DNA of 64,000 bases, from the NCBI GenBank assembly GCA_964057225.1, contig OZ059898.1, positions 10,416,001-10,480,000 on the forward strand. The letters are read 5' to 3'. The notes under the pieces were generated by a model, which was given only the letters and a program-made list of their open reading frames with translations, had not been told where the DNA came from and made no database searches. This DNA comes from Auanema rhodensis (taxonomy: Eukaryota > Animalia > Nematoda). The translations under genes were made by a program, and so were the position numbers. Position 1 is the first letter of the stretch. Every line of letters begins with the position of its first letter. Positions 27,301-42,300 of this stretch are shown here, one piece after another.

Positions 27301-30300
27301 TAGGTTTATTATACACAATACAATATCATTACAATACAATAACAGAAGGATAAAGTAAACTACACTTACAAGACAAAGACTAATATATAAGATTAACTAA
27401 GTTAGATGCAAACCGTCCATGGGCTTGCAAAGGGGCGAACTCCCGAATAGGGGCATGAGGGAAGGCGGTGCCATTCCACATTCCTCTAGTCGGTCTGGCT
27501 CTAACCCTGCAGTTACATATATAGAGTCTCCGAATGGAACGTGCCCTTTTTCAAAGATTGTCGCGACCTCGCGATATTTTAAACAAAAATTTGGGCTTAT
27601 ATGTAACTGAGTTTTAGAGTTCAATTGTTTTAGCTTCACAATAACTAATTGTAAGTTTTAGAAAATAATTAAAAATTAGTTCTCTCTACTATTAACTGAT
27701 TGTCGGCTAAAATATGGTAACAGTTTTTATAAAAAGGTTCTATGATTAGGATTAAACAAAAAAAAGAATCAAAAAGAAACACTTCTTGTTTACTTACGTG
27801 ATTATAATACTTGAAATTCAAAAAAAAGTAAAAAACAATTGAGAAAGCGACATAAACAATTGAACGATTTGAAGAGAATTGTAAGTTTTAGAAAAGAATT
27901 AAAGTTCAGCTATCTCTACTATTAACTGATTATCGGCTAAAATAAGGTAACAGTTTTTATTGAAAATTTCCATGATTAAGATTAAACAAAGAAAAAAAAT
28001 CAAAGAGAAACACTTCTTGTTTACTTATTTGATTATAATACTTGAATTCAAAAAAAAGTAAAAAACAATTGAGAAAGCGACATAAACAGTTGAACGATTT
28101 GAAGAGAATTGTAAGTTTTAGAAAATAATTAAAAATTAGTTCTCTCTACTATTAACTGATTGTCGGCTAAAATATGGTAACAGTTTTTATAAAAACACAA
28201 TAAGGTAACAGTTTTTATTGAAAGTTTCCATGATTAAGATTAAACAAAAAAAAAAGGATCAAAAAGAAACACTTCTTGTTTACTTACTTGATTATAATAT
28301 AAGTTTCCATGATTAAGATTAAACAAAGAAAAAAAATCAAAGAGAAACACTTCTTGTTTACTAATTTGATTATAACACTTGAAATTCCAACAAAAGTAAA
28401 ATAAAACTGTGAAAGCGGGCGTTCCATTATGCTCCTACGTATATTGAACAGACCATTGTAGTCTGCTCAACTACGCGTATAGTATTCCATAAGTGTAGCG
28501 GTATGGAAACAGAGCATAAGGATTACATAAGATAAGGAAATATATAGGTTTATTATACACAATACAATATCATTACAATACAATAACAGAAGGATAAAGT
28601 AAACTACACTTACAAGACAAAGACTAATATATAAGATTAACTAAGTTAGATGCAAACCGTCCATGGGCTTGCAAAGGGGCGAACTCCCGAATAGGGGCAT
28701 GAGGGAAGGCGGTGCCATTCCACATTCCTCTAGTCGGTCTGGCTCTAACCCTGCAGTTACATATATAGAGTCTCCGAATGGAACGTGCCCTTTTTCAAAG
28801 ATTGTCGCGACCTCGCGATATTTTAAACAAAAATTTGGGCTTATATGTAACTGAGTTTTAGAGTTCAATTGTTTTAGCTTCACAATAACTAATTGTAAGT
28901 TTTAGAAAATAATTAAAAATTAGTTCTCTCTACTATTAACTGATTGTCGGCTAAAATATGGTAACAGTTTTTATAAAAAGGTTCTATGATTAGGATTAAA
29001 CAAAAAAAAGAATCAAAAAGAAACACTTCTTGTTTACTTACGTGATTATAATACTTGAAATTCAAAAAAAAGTAAAAAACAATTGAGAAAGCGACATAAA
29101 CAATTGAACGATTTGAAGAGAATTGTAAGTTTTAGAAAAGAATTAAAGTTCAGCTATCTCTACTATTAACTGATTATCGGCTAAAATAAGGTAACAGTTT
29201 TTATTGAAAATTTCCATGATTAAGATTAAACAAAGAAAAAAAATCAAAGAGAAACACTTCTTGTTTACTTATTTGATTATAATACTTGAATTCAAAAAAA
29301 AGTAAAAAACAATTGAGAAAGCGACATAAACAGTTGAACGATTTGAAGAGAATTGTAAGTTTTAGAAAATAATTAAAAATTAGTTCTCTCTACTATTAAC
29401 TGATTGTCGGCTAAAATATGGTAACAGTTTTTATAAAAACACAATAAGGTAACAGTTTTTATTGAAAGTTTCCATGATTAAGATTAAACAAAAAAAAAAG
29501 GATCAAAAAGAAACACTTCTTGTTTACTTACTTGATTATAATATAAGTTTCCATGATTAAGATTAAACAAAGAAAAAAAATCAAAGAGAAACACTTCTTG
29601 TTTACTAATTTGATTATAACACTTGAAATTCCAACAAAAGTAAAATAAAACTGTGAAAGCGGGCGTTCCATTATGCTCCTACGTATATTGAACAGACCAT
29701 TGTAGTCTGCTCAACTACGCGTATAGTATTCCATAAGTGTAGCGGTATGGAAACAGAGCATAAGGATTACATAAGATAAGGAAATATATAGGTTTATTAT
29801 ACACAATACAATATCATTACAATACAATAACAGAAGGATAAAGTAAACTACACTTACAAGACAAAGACTAATATATAAGATTAACTAAGTTAGATGCAAA
29901 CCGTCCATGGGCTTGCAAAGGGGCGAACTCCCGAATAGGGGCATGAGGGAAGGCGGTGCCATTCCACATTCCTCTAGTCGGTCTGGCTCTAACCCTGCAG
30001 TTACATATATAGAGTCTCCGAATGGAACGTGCCCTTTTTCAAAGATTGTCGCGACCTCGCGATATTTTAAACAAAAATTTGGGCTTATATGTAACTGAGT
30101 TTTAGAGTTCAATTGTTTTAGCTTCACAATAACTAATTGTAAGTTTTAGAAAATAATTAAAAATTAGTTCTCTCTACTATTAACTGATTGTCGGCTAAAA
30201 TATGGTAACAGTTTTTATAAAAAGGTTCTATGATTAGGATTAAACAAAAAAAAGAATCAAAAAGAAACACTTCTTGTTTACTTACGTGATTATAATACTT

Positions 30301-33300
30301 GAAATTCAAAAAAAAGTAAAAAACAATTGAGAAAGCGACATAAACAATTGAACGATTTGAAGAGAATTGTAAGTTTTAGAAAAGAATTAAAGTTCAGCTA
30401 TCTCTACTATTAACTGATTATCGGCTAAAATAAGGTAACAGTTTTTATTGAAAATTTCCATGATTAAGATTAAACAAAGAAAAAAAATCAAAGAGAAACA
30501 CTTCTTGTTTACTTATTTGATTATAATACTTGAATTCAAAAAAAAGTAAAAAACAATTGAGAAAGCGACATAAACAGTTGAACGATTTGAAGAGAATTGT
30601 AAGTTTTAGAAAATAATTAAAAATTAGTTCTCTCTACTATTAACTGATTGTCGGCTAAAATATGGTAACAGTTTTTATAAAAACACAATAAGGTAACAGT
30701 TTTTATTGAAAGTTTCCATGATTAAGATTAAACAAAAAAAAAAGGATCAAAAAGAAACACTTCTTGTTTACTTACTTGATTATAATATAAGTTTCCATGA
30801 TTAAGATTAAACAAAGAAAAAAAATCAAAGAGAAACACTTCTTGTTTACTAATTTGATTATAACACTTGAAATTCCAACAAAAGTAAAATAAAACTGTGA
30901 AAGCGGGCGTTCCATTATGCTCCTACGTATATTGAACAGACCATTGTAGTCTGCTCAACTACGCGTATAGTATTCCATAAGTGTAGCGGTATGGAAACAG
31001 AGCATAAGGATTACATAAGATAAGGAAATATATAGGTTTATTATACACAATACAATATCATTACAATACAATAACAGAAGGATAAAGTAAACTACACTTA
31101 CAAGACAAAGACTAATATATAAGATTAACTAAGTTAGATGCAAACCGTCCATGGGCTTGCAAAGGGGCGAACTCCCGAATAGGGGCATGAGGGAAGGCGG
31201 TGCCATTCCACATTCCTCTAGTCGGTCTGGCTCTAACCCTGCAGTTACATATATAGAGTCTCCGAATGGAACGTGCCCTTTTTCAAAGATTGTCGCGACC
31301 TCGCGATATTTTAAACAAAAATTTGGGCTTATATGTAACTGAGTTTTAGAGTTCAATTGTTTTAGCTTCACAATAACTAATTGTAAGTTTTAGAAAATAA
31401 TTAAAAATTAGTTCTCTCTACTATTAACTGATTGTCGGCTAAAATATGGTAACAGTTTTTATAAAAAGGTTCTATGATTAGGATTAAACAAAAAAAAGAA
31501 TCAAAAAGAAACACTTCTTGTTTACTTACGTGATTATAATACTTGAAATTCAAAAAAAAGTAAAAAACAATTGAGAAAGCGACATAAACAATTGAACGAT
31601 TTGAAGAGAATTGTAAGTTTTAGAAAAGAATTAAAGTTCAGCTATCTCTACTATTAACTGATTATCGGCTAAAATAAGGTAACAGTTTTTATTGAAAATT
31701 TCCATGATTAAGATTAAACAAAGAAAAAAAATCAAAGAGAAACACTTCTTGTTTACTTATTTGATTATAATACTTGAATTCAAAAAAAAGTAAAAAACAA
31801 TTGAGAAAGCGACATAAACAGTTGAACGATTTGAAGAGAATTGTAAGTTTTAGAAAATAATTAAAAATTAGTTCTCTCTACTATTAACTGATTGTCGGCT
31901 AAAATATGGTAACAGTTTTTATAAAAACACAATAAGGTAACAGTTTTTATTGAAAGTTTCCATGATTAAGATTAAACAAAAAAAAAAGGATCAAAAAGAA
32001 ACACTTCTTGTTTACTTACTTGATTATAATATAAGTTTCCATGATTAAGATTAAACAAAGAAAAAAAATCAAAGAGAAACACTTCTTGTTTACTAATTTG
32101 ATTATAACACTTGAAATTCCAACAAAAGTAAAATAAAACTGTGAAAGCGGGCGTTCCATTATGCTCCTACGTATATTGAACAGACCATTGTAGTCTGCTC
32201 AACTACGCGTATAGTATTCCATAAGTGTAGCGGTATGGAAACAGAGCATAAGGATTACATAAGATAAGGAAATATATAGGTTTATTATACACAATACAAT
32301 ATCATTACAATACAATAACAGAAGGATAAAGTAAACTACACTTACAAGACAAAGACTAATATATAAGATTAACTAAGTTAGATGCAAACCGTCCATGGGC
32401 TTGCAAAGGGGCGAACTCCCGAATAGGGGCATGAGGGAAGGCGGTGCCATTCCACATTCCTCTAGTCGGTCTGGCTCTAACCCTGCAGTTACATATATAG
32501 AGTCTCCGAATGGAACGTGCCCTTTTTCAAAGATTGTCGCGACCTCGCGATATTTTAAACAAAAATTTGGGCTTATATGTAACTGAGTTTTAGAGTTCAA
32601 TTGTTTTAGCTTCACAATAACTAATTGTAAGTTTTAGAAAATAATTAAAAATTAGTTCTCTCTACTATTAACTGATTGTCGGCTAAAATATGGTAACAGT
32701 TTTTATAAAAAGGTTCTATGATTAGGATTAAACAAAAAAAAGAATCAAAAAGAAACACTTCTTGTTTACTTACGTGATTATAATACTTGAAATTCAAAAA
32801 AAAGTAAAAAACAATTGAGAAAGCGACATAAACAATTGAACGATTTGAAGAGAATTGTAAGTTTTAGAAAAGAATTAAAGTTCAGCTATCTCTACTATTA
32901 ACTGATTATCGGCTAAAATAAGGTAACAGTTTTTATTGAAAATTTCCATGATTAAGATTAAACAAAGAAAAAAAATCAAAGAGAAACACTTCTTGTTTAC
33001 TTATTTGATTATAATACTTGAATTCAAAAAAAAGTAAAAAACAATTGAGAAAGCGACATAAACAGTTGAACGATTTGAAGAGAATTGTAAGTTTTAGAAA
33101 ATAATTAAAAATTAGTTCTCTCTACTATTAACTGATTGTCGGCTAAAATATGGTAACAGTTTTTATAAAAACACAATAAGGTAACAGTTTTTATTGAAAG
33201 TTTCCATGATTAAGATTAAACAAAAAAAAAAGGATCAAAAAGAAACACTTCTTGTTTACTTACTTGATTATAATATAAGTTTCCATGATTAAGATTAAAC

Positions 33301-36300
33301 AAAGAAAAAAAATCAAAGAGAAACACTTCTTGTTTACTAATTTGATTATAACACTTGAAATTCCAACAAAAGTAAAATAAAACTGTGAAAGCGGGCGTTC
33401 CATTATGCTCCTACGTATATTGAACAGACCATTGTAGTCTGCTCAACTACGCGTATAGTATTCCATAAGTGTAGCGGTATGGAAACAGAGCATAAGGATT
33501 ACATAAGATAAGGAAATATATAGGTTTATTATACACAATACAATATCATTACAATACAATAACAGAAGGATAAAGTAAACTACACTTACAAGACAAAGAC
33601 TAATATATAAGATTAACTAAGTTAGATGCAAACCGTCCATGGGCTTGCAAAGGGGCGAACTCCCGAATAGGGGCATGAGGGAAGGCGGTGCCATTCCACA
33701 TTCCTCTAGTCGGTCTGGCTCTAACCCTGCAGTTACATATATAGAGTCTCCGAATGGAACGTGCCCTTTTTCAAAGATTGTCGCGACCTCGCGATATTTT
33801 AAACAAAAATTTGGGCTTATATGTAACTGAGTTTTAGAGTTCAATTGTTTTAGCTTCACAATAACTAATTGTAAGTTTTAGAAAATAATTAAAAATTAGT
33901 TCTCTCTACTATTAACTGATTGTCGGCTAAAATATGGTAACAGTTTTTATAAAAAGGTTCTATGATTAGGATTAAACAAAAAAAAGAATCAAAAAGAAAC
34001 ACTTCTTGTTTACTTACGTGATTATAATACTTGAAATTCAAAAAAAAGTAAAAAACAATTGAGAAAGCGACATAAACAATTGAACGATTTGAAGAGAATT
34101 GTAAGTTTTAGAAAAGAATTAAAGTTCAGCTATCTCTACTATTAACTGATTATCGGCTAAAATAAGGTAACAGTTTTTATTGAAAATTTCCATGATTAAG
34201 ATTAAACAAAGAAAAAAAATCAAAGAGAAACACTTCTTGTTTACTTATTTGATTATAATACTTGAATTCAAAAAAAAGTAAAAAACAATTGAGAAAGCGA
34301 CATAAACAGTTGAACGATTTGAAGAGAATTGTAAGTTTTAGAAAATAATTAAAAATTAGTTCTCTCTACTATTAACTGATTGTCGGCTAAAATATGGTAA
34401 CAGTTTTTATAAAAACACAATAAGGTAACAGTTTTTATTGAAAGTTTCCATGATTAAGATTAAACAAAAAAAAAAGGATCAAAAAGAAACACTTCTTGTT
34501 TACTTACTTGATTATAATATAAGTTTCCATGATTAAGATTAAACAAAGAAAAAAAATCAAAGAGAAACACTTCTTGTTTACTAATTTGATTATAACACTT
34601 GAAATTCCAACAAAAGTAAAATAAAACTGTGAAAGCGGGCGTTCCATTATGCTCCTACGTATATTGAACAGACCATTGTAGTCTGCTCAACTACGCGTAT
34701 AGTATTCCATAAGTGTAGCGGTATGGAAACAGAGCATAAGGATTACATAAGATAAGGAAATATATAGGTTTATTATACACAATACAATATCATTACAATA
34801 CAATAACAGAAGGATAAAGTAAACTACACTTACAAGACAAAGACTAATATATAAGATTAACTAAGTTAGATGCAAACCGTCCATGGGCTTGCAAAGGGGC
34901 GAACTCCCGAATAGGGGCATGAGGGAAGGCGGTGCCATTCCACATTCCTCTAGTCGGTCTGGCTCTAACCCTGCAGTTACATATATAGAGTCTCCGAATG
35001 GAACGTGCCCTTTTTCAAAGATTGTCGCGACCTCGCGATATTTTAAACAAAAATTTGGGCTTATATGTAACTGAGTTTTAGAGTTCAATTGTTTTAGCTT
35101 CACAATAACTAATTGTAAGTTTTAGAAAATAATTAAAAATTAGTTCTCTCTACTATTAACTGATTGTCGGCTAAAATATGGTAACAGTTTTTATAAAAAG
35201 GTTCTATGATTAGGATTAAACAAAAAAAAGAATCAAAAAGAAACACTTCTTGTTTACTTACGTGATTATAATACTTGAAATTCAAAAAAAAGTAAAAAAC
35301 AATTGAGAAAGCGACATAAACAATTGAACGATTTGAAGAGAATTGTAAGTTTTAGAAAAGAATTAAAGTTCAGCTATCTCTACTATTAACTGATTATCGG
35401 CTAAAATAAGGTAACAGTTTTTATTGAAAATTTCCATGATTAAGATTAAACAAAGAAAAAAAATCAAAGAGAAACACTTCTTGTTTACTTATTTGATTAT
35501 AATACTTGAATTCAAAAAAAAGTAAAAAACAATTGAGAAAGCGACATAAACAGTTGAACGATTTGAAGAGAATTGTAAGTTTTAGAAAATAATTAAAAAT
35601 TAGTTCTCTCTACTATTAACTGATTGTCGGCTAAAATATGGTAACAGTTTTTATAAAAACACAATAAGGTAACAGTTTTTATTGAAAGTTTCCATGATTA
35701 AGATTAAACAAAAAAAAAAGGATCAAAAAGAAACACTTCTTGTTTACTTACTTGATTATAATATAAGTTTCCATGATTAAGATTAAACAAAGAAAAAAAA
35801 TCAAAGAGAAACACTTCTTGTTTACTAATTTGATTATAACACTTGAAATTCCAACAAAAGTAAAATAAAACTGTGAAAGCGGGCGTTCCATTATGCTCCT
35901 ACGTATATTGAACAGACCATTGTAGTCTGCTCAACTACGCGTATAGTATTCCATAAGTGTAGCGGTATGGAAACAGAGCATAAGGATTACATAAGATAAG
36001 GAAATATATAGGTTTATTATACACAATACAATATCATTACAATACAATAACAGAAGGATAAAGTAAACTACACTTACAAGACAAAGACTAATATATAAGA
36101 TTAACTAAGTTAGATGCAAACCGTCCATGGGCTTGCAAAGGGGCGAACTCCCGAATAGGGGCATGAGGGAAGGCGGTGCCATTCCACATTCCTCTAGTCG
36201 GTCTGGCTCTAACCCTGCAGTTACATATATAGAGTCTCCGAATGGAACGTGCCCTTTTTCAAAGATTGTCGCGACCTCGCGATATTTTAAACAAAAATTT

Positions 36301-39300
36301 GGGCTTATATGTAACTGAGTTTTAGAGTTCAATTGTTTTAGCTTCACAATAACTAATTGTGAGTTTTAGAAAATAATTAAAAATTAGTTCTCTCTACTAT
36401 TAACTGATTGTCGGCTAAAATATGGTAACAGTTTTTATAAAAAGGTTCTATGATTAGGATTAAACAAAAAAAAGAATCAAAAAGAAACACTTCTTGTTTA
36501 CTTACGTGATTATAATACTTGAAATTCAAAAAAAAGTAAAAAACAATTGAGAAAGCGACATAAACAATTGAACGATTTGAAGAGAATTGTAAGTTTTAGA
36601 AAAGAATTAAAGTTCAGCTATCTCTACTATTAACTGATTATCGGCTAAAATAAGGTAACAGTTTTTATTGAAAATTTCCATGATTAAGATTAAACAAAGA
36701 AAAAAAATCAAAGAGAAACACTTCTTGTTTACTTATTTGATTATAATACTTGAATTCAAAAAAAAGTAAAAAACAATTGAGAAAGCGACATAAACAGTTG
36801 AACGATTTGAAGAGAATTGTAAGTTTTAGAAAATAATTAAAAATTAGTTCTCTCTACTATTAACTGATTGTCGGCTAAAATATGGTAACAGTTTTTATAA
36901 AAACACAATAAGGTAACAGTTTTTATTGAAAGTTTCCATGATTAAGATTAAACAAAAAAAAAAGGATCAAAAAGAAACACTTCTTGTTTACTTACTTGAT
37001 TATAATATAAGTTTCCATGATTAAGATTAAACAAAGAAAAAAAATCAAAGAGAAACACTTCTTGTTTACTAATTTGATTATAACACTTGAAATTCCAACA
37101 AAAGTAAAATAAAACTGTGAAAGCGGGCGTTCCATTATGCTCCTACGTATATTGAACAGACCATTGTAGTCTGCTCAACTACGCGTATAGTATTCCATAA
37201 GTGTAGCGGTATGGAAACAGAGCATAAGGATTACATAAGATAAGGAAATATATAGGTTTATTATACACAATACAATATCATTACAATACAATAACAGAAG
37301 GATAAAGTAAACTACACTTACAAGACAAAGACTAATATATAAGATTAACTAAGTTAGATGCAAACCGTCCATGGGCTTGCAAAGGGGCGAACTCCCGAAT
37401 AGGGGCATGAGGGAAGGCGGTGCCATTCCACATTCCTCTAGTCGGTCTGGCTCTAACCCTGCAGTTACATATATAGAGTCTCCGAATGGAACGTGCCCTT
37501 TTTCAAAGATTGTCGCGACCTCGCGATATTTTAAACAAAAATTTGGGCTTATATGTAACTGAGTTTTAGAGTTCAATTGTTTTAGCTTCACAATAACTAA
37601 TTGTAAGTTTTAGAAAATAATTAAAAATTAGTTCTCTCTACTATTAACTGATTGTCGGCTAAAATATGGTAACAGTTTTTATAAAAAGGTTCTATGATTA
37701 GGATTAAACAAAAAAAAGAATCAAAAAGAAACACTTCTTGTTTACTTACGTGATTATAATACTTGAAATTCAAAAAAAAGTAAAAAACAATTGAGAAAGC
37801 GACATAAACAATTGAACGATTTGAAGAGAATTGTAAGTTTTAGAAAAGAATTAAAGTTCAGCTATCTCTACTATTAACTGATTATCGGCTAAAATAAGGT
37901 AACAGTTTTTATTGAAAATTTCCATGATTAAGATTAAACAAAGAAAAAAAATCAAAGAGAAACACTTCTTGTTTACTTATTTGATTATAATACTTGAATT
38001 CAAAAAAAAGTAAAAAACAATTGAGAAAGCGACATAAACAGTTGAACGATTTGAAGAGAATTGTAAGTTTTAGAAAATAATTAAAAATTAGTTCTCTCTA
38101 CTATTAACTGATTGTCGGCTAAAATATGGTAACAGTTTTTATAAAAACACAATAAGGTAACAGTTTTTATTGAAAGTTTCCATGATTAAGATTAAACAAA
38201 AAAAAAAGGATCAAAAAGAAACACTTCTTGTTTACTTACTTGATTATAATATAAGTTTCCATGATTAAGATTAAACAAAGAAAAAAAATCAAAGAGAAAC
38301 ACTTCTTGTTTACTAATTTGATTATAACACTTGAAATTCCAACAAAAGTAAAATAAAACTGTGAAAGCGGGCGTTCCATTATGCTCCTACGTATATTGAA
38401 CAGACCATTGTAGTCTGCTCAACTACGCGTATAGTATTCCATAAGTGTAGCGGTATGGAAACAGAGCATAAGGATTACATAAGATAAGGAAATATATAGG
38501 TTTATTATACACAATACAATATCATTACAATACAATAACAGAAGGATAAAGTAAACTACACTTACAAGACAAAGACTAATATATAAGATTAACTAAGTTA
38601 GATGCAAACCGTCCATGGGCTTGCAAAGGGGCGAACTCCCGAATAGGGGCATGAGGGAAGGCGGTGCCATTCCACATTCCTCTAGTCGGTCTGGCTCTAA
38701 CCCTGCAGTTACATATATAGAGTCTCCGAATGGAACGTGCCCTTTTTCAAAGATTGTCGCGACCTCGCGATATTTTAAACAAAAATTTGGGCTTATATGT
38801 AACTGAGTTTTAGAGTTCAATTGTTTTAGCTTCACAATAACTAATTGTAAGTTTTAGAAAATAATTAAAAATTAGTTCTCTCTACTATTAACTGATTGTC
38901 GGCTAAAATATGGTAACAGTTTTTATAAAAAGGTTCTATGATTAGGATTAAACAAAAAAAAGAATCAAAAAGAAACACTTCTTGTTTACTTACGTGATTA
39001 TAATACTTGAAATTCAAAAAAAAGTAAAAAACAATTGAGAAAGCGACATAAACAATTGAACGATTTGAAGAGAATTGTAAGTTTTAGAAAAGAATTAAAG
39101 TTCAGCTATCTCTACTATTAACTGATTATCGGCTAAAATAAGGTAACAGTTTTTATTGAAAATTTCCATGATTAAGATTAAACAAAGAAAAAAAATCAAA
39201 GAGAAACACTTCTTGTTTACTTATTTGATTATAATACTTGAATTCAAAAAAAAGTAAAAAACAATTGAGAAAGCGACATAAACAGTTGAACGATTTGAAG

Positions 39301-42300
39301 AGAATTGTAAGTTTTAGAAAATAATTAAAAATTAGTTCTCTCTACTATTAACTGATTGTCGGCTAAAATATGGTAACAGTTTTTATAAAAACACAATAAG
39401 GTAACAGTTTTTATTGAAAGTTTCCATGATTAAGATTAAACAAAAAAAAAGGATCAAAAAGAAACACTTCTTGTTTACTTACTTGATTATAATATAAGTT
39501 TCCATGATTAAGATTAAACAAAGAAAAAAAATCAAAGAGAAACACTTCTTGTTTACTAATTTGATTATAACACTTGAAATTCCAACAAAAGTAAAATAAA
39601 ACTGTGAAAGCGGGCGTTCCATTATGCTCCTACGTATATTGAACAGACCATTGTAGTCTGCTCAACTACGCGTATAGTATTCCATAAGTGTAGCGGTATG
39701 GAAACAGAGCATAAGGATTACATAAGATAAGGAAATATATAGGTTTATTATACACAATACAATATCATTACAATACAATAACAGAAGGATAAAGTAAACT
39801 ACACTTACAAGACAAAGACTAATATATAAGATTAACTAAGTTAGATGCAAACCGTCCATGGGCTTGCAAAGGGGCGAACTCCCGAATAGGGGCATGAGGG
39901 AAGGCGGTGCCATTCCACATTCCTCTAGTCGGTCTGGCTCTAACCCTGCAGTTACATATATAGAGTCTCCGAATGGAACGTGCCCTTTTTCAAAGATTGT
40001 CGCGACCTCGCGATATTTTAAACAAAAATTTGGGCTTATATGTAACTGAGTTTTAGAGTTCAATTGTTTTAGCTTCACAATAACTAATTGTAAGTTTTAG
40101 AAAATAATTAAAAATTAGTTCTCTCTACTATTAACTGATTGTCGGCTAAAATATGGTAACAGTTTTTATAAAAAGGTTCTATGATTAGGATTAAACAAAA
40201 AAAAGAATCAAAAAGAAACACTTCTTGTTTACTTACGTGATTATAATACTTGAAATTCAAAAAAAAGTAAAAAACAATTGAGAAAGCGACATAAACAATT
40301 GAACGATTTGAAGAGAATTGTAAGTTTTAGAAAAGAATTAAAGTTCAGCTATCTCTACTATTAACTGATTATCGGCTAAAATAAGGTAACAGTTTTTATT
40401 GAAAATTTCCATGATTAAGATTAAACAAAGAAAAAAAATCAAAGAGAAACACTTCTTGTTTACTTATTTGATTATAATACTTGAATTCAAAAAAAAGTAA
40501 AAAACAATTGAGAAAGCGACATAAACAGTTGAACGATTTGAAGAGAATTGTAAGTTTTAGAAAATAATTAAAAATTAGTTCTCTCTACTATTAACTGATT
40601 GTCGGCTAAAATATGGTAACAGTTTTTATAAAAACACAATAAGGTAACAGTTTTTATTGAAAGTTTCCATGATTAAGATTAAACAAAAAAAAAAGGATCA
40701 AAAAGAAACACTTCTTGTTTACTTACTTGATTATAATATAAGTTTCCATGATTAAGATTAAACAAAGAAAAAAAATCAAAGAGAAACACTTCTTGTTTAC
40801 TAATTTGATTATAACACTTGAAATTCCAACAAAAGTAAAATAAAACTGTGAAAGCGGGCGTTCCATTATGCTCCTACGTATATTGAACAGACCATTGTAG
40901 TCTGCTCAACTACGCGTATAGTATTCCATAAGTGTAGCGGTATGGAAACAGAGCATAAGGATTACATAAGATAAGGAAATATATAGGTTTATTATACACA
41001 ATACAATATCATTACAATACAATAACAGAAGGATAAAGTAAACTACACTTACAAGACAAAGACTAATATATAAGATTAACTAAGTTAGATGCAAACCGTC
41101 CATGGGCTTGCAAAGGGGCGAACTCCCGAATAGGGGCATGAGGGAAGGCGGTGCCATTCCACATTCCTCTAGTCGGTCTGGCTCTAACCCTGCAGTTACA
41201 TATATAGAGTCTCCGAATGGAACGTGCCCTTTTTCAAAGATTGTCGCGACCTCGCGATATTTTAAACAAAAATTTGGGCTTATATGTAACTGAGTTTTAG
41301 AGTTCAATTGTTTTAGCTTCACAATAACTAATTGTAAGTTTTAGAAAATAATTAAAAATTAGTTCTCTCTACTATTAACTGATTGTCGGCTAAAATATGG
41401 TAACAGTTTTTATAAAAAGGTTCTATGATTAGGATTAAACAAAAAAAAGAATCAAAAAGAAACACTTCTTGTTTACTTACGTGATTATAATACTTGAAAT
41501 TCAAAAAAAAGTAAAAAACAATTGAGAAAGCGACATAAACAATTGAACGATTTGAAGAGAATTGTAAGTTTTAGAAAAGAATTAAAGTTCAGCTATCTCT
41601 ACTATTAACTGATTATCGGCTAAAATAAGGTAACAGTTTTTATTGAAAATTTCCATGATTAAGATTAAACAAAGAAAAAAAATCAAAGAGAAACACTTCT
41701 TGTTTACTTATTTGATTATAATACTTGAATTCAAAAAAAAGTAAAAAACAATTGAGAAAGCGACATAAACAGTTGAACGATTTGAAGAGAATTGTAAGTT
41801 TTAGAAAATAATTAAAAATTAGTTCTCTCTACTATTAACTGATTGTCGGCTAAAATATGGTAACAGTTTTTATAAAAACACAATAAGGTAACAGTTTTTA
41901 TTGAAAGTTTCCATGATTAAGATTAAACAAAAAAAAAAGGATCAAAAAGAAACACTTCTTGTTTACTTACTTGATTATAATATAAGTTTCCATGATTAAG
42001 ATTAAACAAAGAAAAAAAATCAAAGAGAAACACTTCTTGTTTACTTATTTGATTATAATACTTGAATTCAAAAAAAAGTAAAAAACAATTGAGAAAGCGA
42101 CATAAACAGTTGAACGATTTGAAGAGAATTGTAAGTTTTAGAAAATAATTAAAAATTAGTTCTCTCTACTATTAACTGATTGTCGGCTAAAATATGGTAA
42201 CAGTTTTTATAAAAACACAATAAGGTAACAGTTTTTATTGAAAGTTTCCATGATTAAGATTAAACAAAAAAAAAAGGATCAAAAAGAAACACTTCTTGTT